DNA of 32,000 nt from an archaeon. GTDB lineage: Archaea; Asgardarchaeota; Thorarchaeia; Thorarchaeales; Thorarchaeaceae. A program made the position numbers and the translations under genes. The stretch spans positions 1 through 32,000 of the forward strand of contig JAJRZD010000035.1 in NCBI GenBank assembly GCA_024275415.1, in the 5' to 3' direction. Below are positions 28,332-32,000 of the stretch, piece by piece; the first letter of the stretch is position 1, and the number at the start of each line of letters is the position of its first letter. Below the pieces are notes generated by a model that saw only the letters and a list, made by a program, of their open reading frames with translations, ran no database searches and had not been told where the DNA came from.

Positions 28332-28790
28332 TCACAGAGCCATCTCATAGATGATGGCATCTTCATCAACATAGTATCTCACAGACCTATCGACCGGACG
28401 AAAGCCGTTCTTCTCATAGAATGACCGTGCGCTATGGTTACTCTCTCGGACCTCTAGGAAATACCTCTTGGCCCCATTACGCCTCAGTGAGTTCTCCACA
28501 TAGTCTAGTAACTCGGTGCCATTACCTTGCCTTCGATGGTGTTCGTCAATTGCGATGTTCAGGAGATGTCCCGCCTGTGTTTCCGAATCATATTCCCATA
28601 CTGCATAGCCTATGATGTGCCCCTCATGCTCATAGACCACCATTCTGATGATTTTCTCCCCATCAATAATGCTCCCTCCGGCCAGCGCAAACATCATGAA
28701 CAACGAGTATGGCCAAGGACGCAGAAAGGACTCCTGTTCAACCTTTAGGATATCTGCTACGTCCATCAAACTTACTTTTCGTATGGACAT
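28332..28790 (-). CDS. rimI: GNAT N-acetyltransferase, RimI/Ard1 type
   Basis: IEQESF..PW, HLLNIAID..HRRQGNG..LL, LEVRESN..AR.FYEK.GF, YYVDEDAIIY. Confidence 0.9.
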   Translation of the reverse strand: MSIRKVSLMDVADILKVEQESFLRPWPYSLFMMFALAGGSIIDGEKIIRMVVYEHEGHIIGYAVWEYDSETQAGHLLNIAIDEHHRRQGNGTELLDYVENSLRRNGAKRYFLEVRESNHSARSFYEKNGFRPVDRSVRYYVDEDAIIYEMAL

Positions 28791-28799
28791 TTTCTCTCC

Positions 28800-29162
28800 C
28801 TATTCCCCATAATCCCCACTATATGCATCAAACTCATAACCAGTGGTCTTTGTGCCACAACGTGGACAGTATGCGTAGCCGCTAGGGGTTTGCACCTGAC
28901 AGTGTGGACACCATGTAGGTTTTCTATTAGACCCTTTTTCGATATTAACAATAGGTCGAAGCGCGAATAACTGGAACAGACAAATTGCAGTGAATGCGAG
29001 TATGGCTATCATAACTACTGGCGCACTTGCATTGCCAAAGAAGAAGAATGGGAACACAAAGACGAAGAATTCTGTACTCCCCGAAGACGCTGCAAGGAGT
29101 ACAATCCCCACTATGATCAAGAATACACCGGCAACTATTGTAACTTCACTTTTTCGCATCAT
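28800..29162 (-). CDS. Small membrane protein with a C-terminal zinc ribbon
   Basis: Two or three hydrophobic segments, FVFVFPFFFFG motif, CPHC...YCPRCG. Confidence 0.75.
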   Translation of the reverse strand: MMRKSEVTIVAGVFLIIVGIVLLAASSGSTEFFVFVFPFFFFGNASAPVVMIAILAFTAICLFQLFALRPIVNIEKGSNRKPTWCPHCQVQTPSGYAYCPRCGTKTTGYEFDAYSGDYGE

Positions 29163-29301
29163 GTTACCCTGTCCTCTCATCAAATACCTAACAACTTCTA
29201 TAGGTGGGACTCATACTCACAAAACTTATTCATCAATGTGAGTAATGACTATTGTTCTATAGGCACATTGCCTAGTTAAATGAACGGGGGACTGGTGAAT
29301 C

Positions 29302-29763
29302 ATTCCCGACGACAATAACGAGAATGGAACTGACGACTCGAAGGACAAATATCTTTTCAAAGTAGCAGTCATCGGGCCCGATGACCAGTTATTGGAACAG
29401 GTTCTTTCAATTGTGAATGAAGCGGCACTCTCTGTTGACGGTGTCCGTATTGGGATTGCCAAGATGGATGACGAGGACTCGCGTGTCCAAGCAGTCACAT
29501 GGTCGCCCCAAAGTTCCGCGTTGGACATTCTTCTGTGTATGACTTTTGCCGGCACAAGTGCTGCTGTTATCGTCATGCCCGAAGCTGATCCAATACTCGA
29601 AACGTCATATCGCAATGAAATACGTATGCATCTAGGAATCGGCACACCTACCCGGCTTCTTCTAGTCGAAACCGAAATCGACGAGTCAAAACGAACTGAA
29701 ATCATGGATGTGTTTCAGGATCTGTACAAGGAGCTGCTCGAGAAAAGGGCGCGCTCAAAATAA
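29302..29763 (+). CDS. Small-GTPase-fold (Rab-like) protein lacking G1/G3/G4 motifs; apparent ATT start
   Basis: YLFKVAVIG, SVDGVRIG...VQAVTWS, TFAGTSAAVIV follow the Rab strand/helix order. GGTGA (29294-29298) precedes ATC/ATT. There is no ATG/GTG/TTG in frame before 29392. Confidence 0.6.
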   Translation: MPDDNNENGTDDSKDKYLFKVAVIGPDDQLLEQVLSIVNEAALSVDGVRIGIAKMDDEDSRVQAVTWSPQSSALDILLCMTFAGTSAAVIVMPEADPILETSYRNEIRMHLGIGTPTRLLLVETEIDESKRTEIMDVFQDLYKELLEKRARSK

Positions 29764-29828
29764 CATAATCCCCCTATGATGGAAAGCCTTTTCTCATTAT
29801 CTTCACCTGCGAAACTTGGTGCCTTCTA

Positions 29829-30695
29829 ATGAGTCCAGAGAATAGACGGTCTGATGATTATTGGATGGGCGTACGCGATGCCCTGCGAATGGTTGATTCA
29901 TTTCTCCGTTGGTCAAAGATGAACCCTGATCGAGCAAAGCCTCTTGAGGATTTTGTTCGTGACGGCCTTGTGGCAGCTGCGAAGCGATGTGAAAGCTGCC
30001 TGCATAAAGAGCTGGGTGTTGACTTCACATCCGATGAGGGAACTGAAACATCCGACATTTCCGAAAGTGCTGAACTTTCTGAGATAGAGGATACCGACTA
30101 TGCTGAAGATGTACCGGCACCAACCTTTGAACCAGTTTCTTCTGAAATAGTACTGGAGCCAGCCGGCACAGATGAGACCTATGAGATTCCAATCACGATA
30201 GAATCCGATAGTGAAGATATTGAAACTGCTGATGACACTCCAAGTATGGATTCCCTCGGCATCCCTTCTGAGGGGATTGAAGATGATGAGTCTGTCATCT
30301 CGGGTAGCCCACGAGACTTCTCTGATGACTTTGAGCTTGTAGAGCCCGACCCACTGGTCATCAAACCTGAAGATGAGGAATCTTCATATGAAGAGCCATC
30401 GGAGCCTCCTATCGATGAGATTTCTGTAGAGCGTCCCCGATATGCTTGGGAGATACCAGTCGCAGGATCAAAATCGGATGAGCACGTTCCAGTGGATTCC
30501 CCAGAACCCTCTTCCCCTGCAAAGGAATGGAGTCCCCTTGATGAGCCCTCACCCGAAGACATCGAAGAAGAAACTCCCGATGAACGCGAAGACTCAGCCC
30601 TAGAATCACCACCTCCCCCACCTCCTCCGCCCGAAACCGAAGAGAGTGAAGATGAACGCAGACGAAGGGCGCGTCGGCTGTTCTTCGGTGGGTAG
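29829..30695 (+). CDS. Acidic, largely disordered protein with an N-terminal helical domain (CESC), a Pro8 tract and a basic C-terminal helix
   Basis: D/E/S/P-rich middle; PPPPPPPP at 30609-30632; ends EDERRRRARRLFFGG. Confidence 0.78.
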   Translation: MSPENRRSDDYWMGVRDALRMVDSFLRWSKMNPDRAKPLEDFVRDGLVAAAKRCESCLHKELGVDFTSDEGTETSDISESAELSEIEDTDYAEDVPAPTFEPVSSEIVLEPAGTDETYEIPITIESDSEDIETADDTPSMDSLGIPSEGIEDDESVISGSPRDFSDDFELVEPDPLVIKPEDEESSYEEPSEPPIDEISVERPRYAWEIPVAGSKSDEHVPVDSPEPSSPAKEWSPLDEPSPEDIEEETPDEREDSALESPPPPPPPPETEESEDERRRRARRLFFGG

Positions 30696-30703
30696 ACTGA
30701 TTC

Positions 30704-31525
30704 ATGTCTTTCACTTCGTTTGTGGCAGTCGCGGTTCGACGGTCGCCAAGAGAGGCATTGATGACGGCATTGGCAAAGATGCCTTAACCGATTCCCATCA
30801 CGCCAACCATCCCGCGGGTAGTGATTAAGCCATCAATCTATGACCCCAACTTGCCTAGAAACACGACTTTTGGGATGATAAAGGCCGTAGTTGACTTTCT
30901 TAGAGAGGTCGCTCCGCTGAGCATCGTTGAATCTGACACTCACATTCGGACCGCTGAGGATGCGTTTGACAAGTGCGGGTACAACGCCCTGAAATCCGAC
31001 ACTGTCGAGCTGGTGAACCTGTCAAAGGCGACTCTTGAACCCGTGAAGATGGCCGGTCATTACCTTAATGAACAGGCAGTACCAAAAATCCTTCTCGATA
31101 ACAAATTTATTGTGAACGTTGCCACAGCCAAGAAACAAAAGCTAATCTCCTTTGGAGCTGGAATCAAGAACCTCTTTGGATTGCTGCCCCAGTCTGACAA
31201 ACAGACGCTACACCCTCACATATCTGACATCCTGCTAGATCTACTGCTCTTTTTCAAACCCGATCTGACCATCATCGACCTGACCCAACTATTGCTAAGA
31301 AATCGGTCTGATATGAAACCCCGTCAATTTATCGGGGTTGTTGTCGGAACAGATCCTGTTGCTGTGGATGCATATTGCGCTCATATCACTGGACTAGACC
31401 CATTAGGAGTCGAGTATCTTCGTAAGGCATCAGACCTTGGGATTGGCGAAGCACTTCCAGAAAGAATTCAGGTTTTCGGGACTGAGCATCAAAAACAGAT
31501 ACTGGAATCCATTCAAAAGAATTAA
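30704..31525 (+). CDS. DUF362-family protein interrupted by an in-frame TAA at 30785-30787
   Basis: MSFTSFVAVAVRR...AL...*...RVVIKPS; IVESD, VNLS, IVNVATAK, GIKNLFGLL, PDLTIID, GTDPVAVDA.CA...G.DP..V.YL. Confidence 0.78.
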
Positions 31526-31608
31526 TGCCTATCCACAAGTGATATATTGGAACCAGTCATGGAATCCTCCTCCTTCACGGGACATGCATCAGGCGAAGGT
31601 GACGATCC

Positions 31609-32000
31609 ATGGATTGGACCTCACATCACATGCAGGTTATCCCTGCATCCGGCACACTAAGGATTCTCGAAATTGCGAAGAAGATGGAGCGAGAGGGGAA
31701 GAAGGTCTATCATTTTGAGGTTGGGCAACCGGACTTTCCTACACCAGAGAATATCGTGAATGCCGCTATTCAGGCTTTGAAAGATGGGAAAACACGATAC
31801 ACTTCTGCTAGAGGAATTCCCGAGCTCTTAGATGCCATCCAAGAACTTTACGCTCGTCGAAATATCTACATCGAAGGTCGTGAGAATGTCATAGTCACCC
31901 CTGGAGCGAAAATGGCTCTGTTCCAAGGCTTTCTCGCTACCATTGACGTGGGTGATGATGTCCTTCTGCTTGCGCCATCATGGCCGACATACAAGGTAAT
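31609..32000 (+). CDS. PLP-dependent aminotransferase class I/II (aspartate aminotransferase-like), 3'-truncated by the window edge
   Basis: AGGTGA then ATG 31609; IPASGTLRILEIAKKMEREGKKVYHFEVGQPDFPTP, Y....GIPEL, VIVTPGAKMALF, GDDVLLLAPSWPTY. Not in the supplied ORF track. Confidence 0.92.
   Translation, partial: MDWTSHHMQVIPASGTLRILEIAKKMEREGKKVYHFEVGQPDFPTPENIVNAAIQALKDGKTRYTSARGIPELLDAIQELYARRNIYIEGRENVIVTPGAKMALFQGFLATIDVGDDVLLLAPSWPTYKV

Noticed and set aside
258-30714. Numerous antisense or alternate-frame ORFs in the track (e.g. 1725-2210, 2815-3522, 4808-5275, 22502-23245, 26377-26793, 29226-29705)
   Set aside because: Fully nested opposite well-supported genes with no motifs of their own; treated as shadow ORFs.
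1-32000. Genome-wide reassignment of TAG to pyrrolysine
   Set aside because: At least ten genes end in TAG at natural C-termini (e.g. 7762 kinase, 8887 nrdG, 10982 psmA, 14702 nnrE, 21366, 23403, 30693); read-through at 7762 would run into a convergent gene.
1-32000. tRNA, rRNA, CRISPR arrays, IS elements or integrases
   Set aside because: No T-loop/cloverleaf, spaced repeat array, terminal inverted repeats or transposase/recombinase motifs were found by eye; a tRNAscan/Infernal run would be needed to exclude small RNAs.

Overview
Gene-dense archaeal window, most likely from an Asgard archaeon of Thorarchaeia type. That assignment is inferred from gene content (reductive dehalogenase-like gene, PCI-domain gene, Rab-like GTPase fold, archaeal proteasome alpha and DtdA), not from a marker gene. 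From 5' to 3': a four-gene LipS2-LipS1-Lpl(AB)/DUF116-LipT lipoate-assembly operon, in which lipS1 is interrupted by one in-frame TAG; a Tat-less reductive dehalogenase with an extra ABCE1/RLI-type Fe-S domain; a PAS-PAS histidine kinase; an NrdG-type activase; proteasome alpha; a RimK-family ligase; MsrB; a broken PCI/zinc-ribbon gene; NnrE; a beta-carbonic-anhydrase-like protein; two PD-(D/E)XK proteins; DtdA; a run of long helical or disordered proteins (including a 1300-aa TrmB split by an 11-residue-periodic rod, a pseudo-GTPase and a poly-Pro acidic protein); RimI; DUF362 (in-frame TAA); and a partial class I/II aminotransferase. Several genes carry single stops, a non-canonical start or 1-nt frameshifts, so assembly or consensus error has to be excluded before recoding is invoked. 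No rRNA, tRNA, CRISPR array or transposase was recognised by eye.
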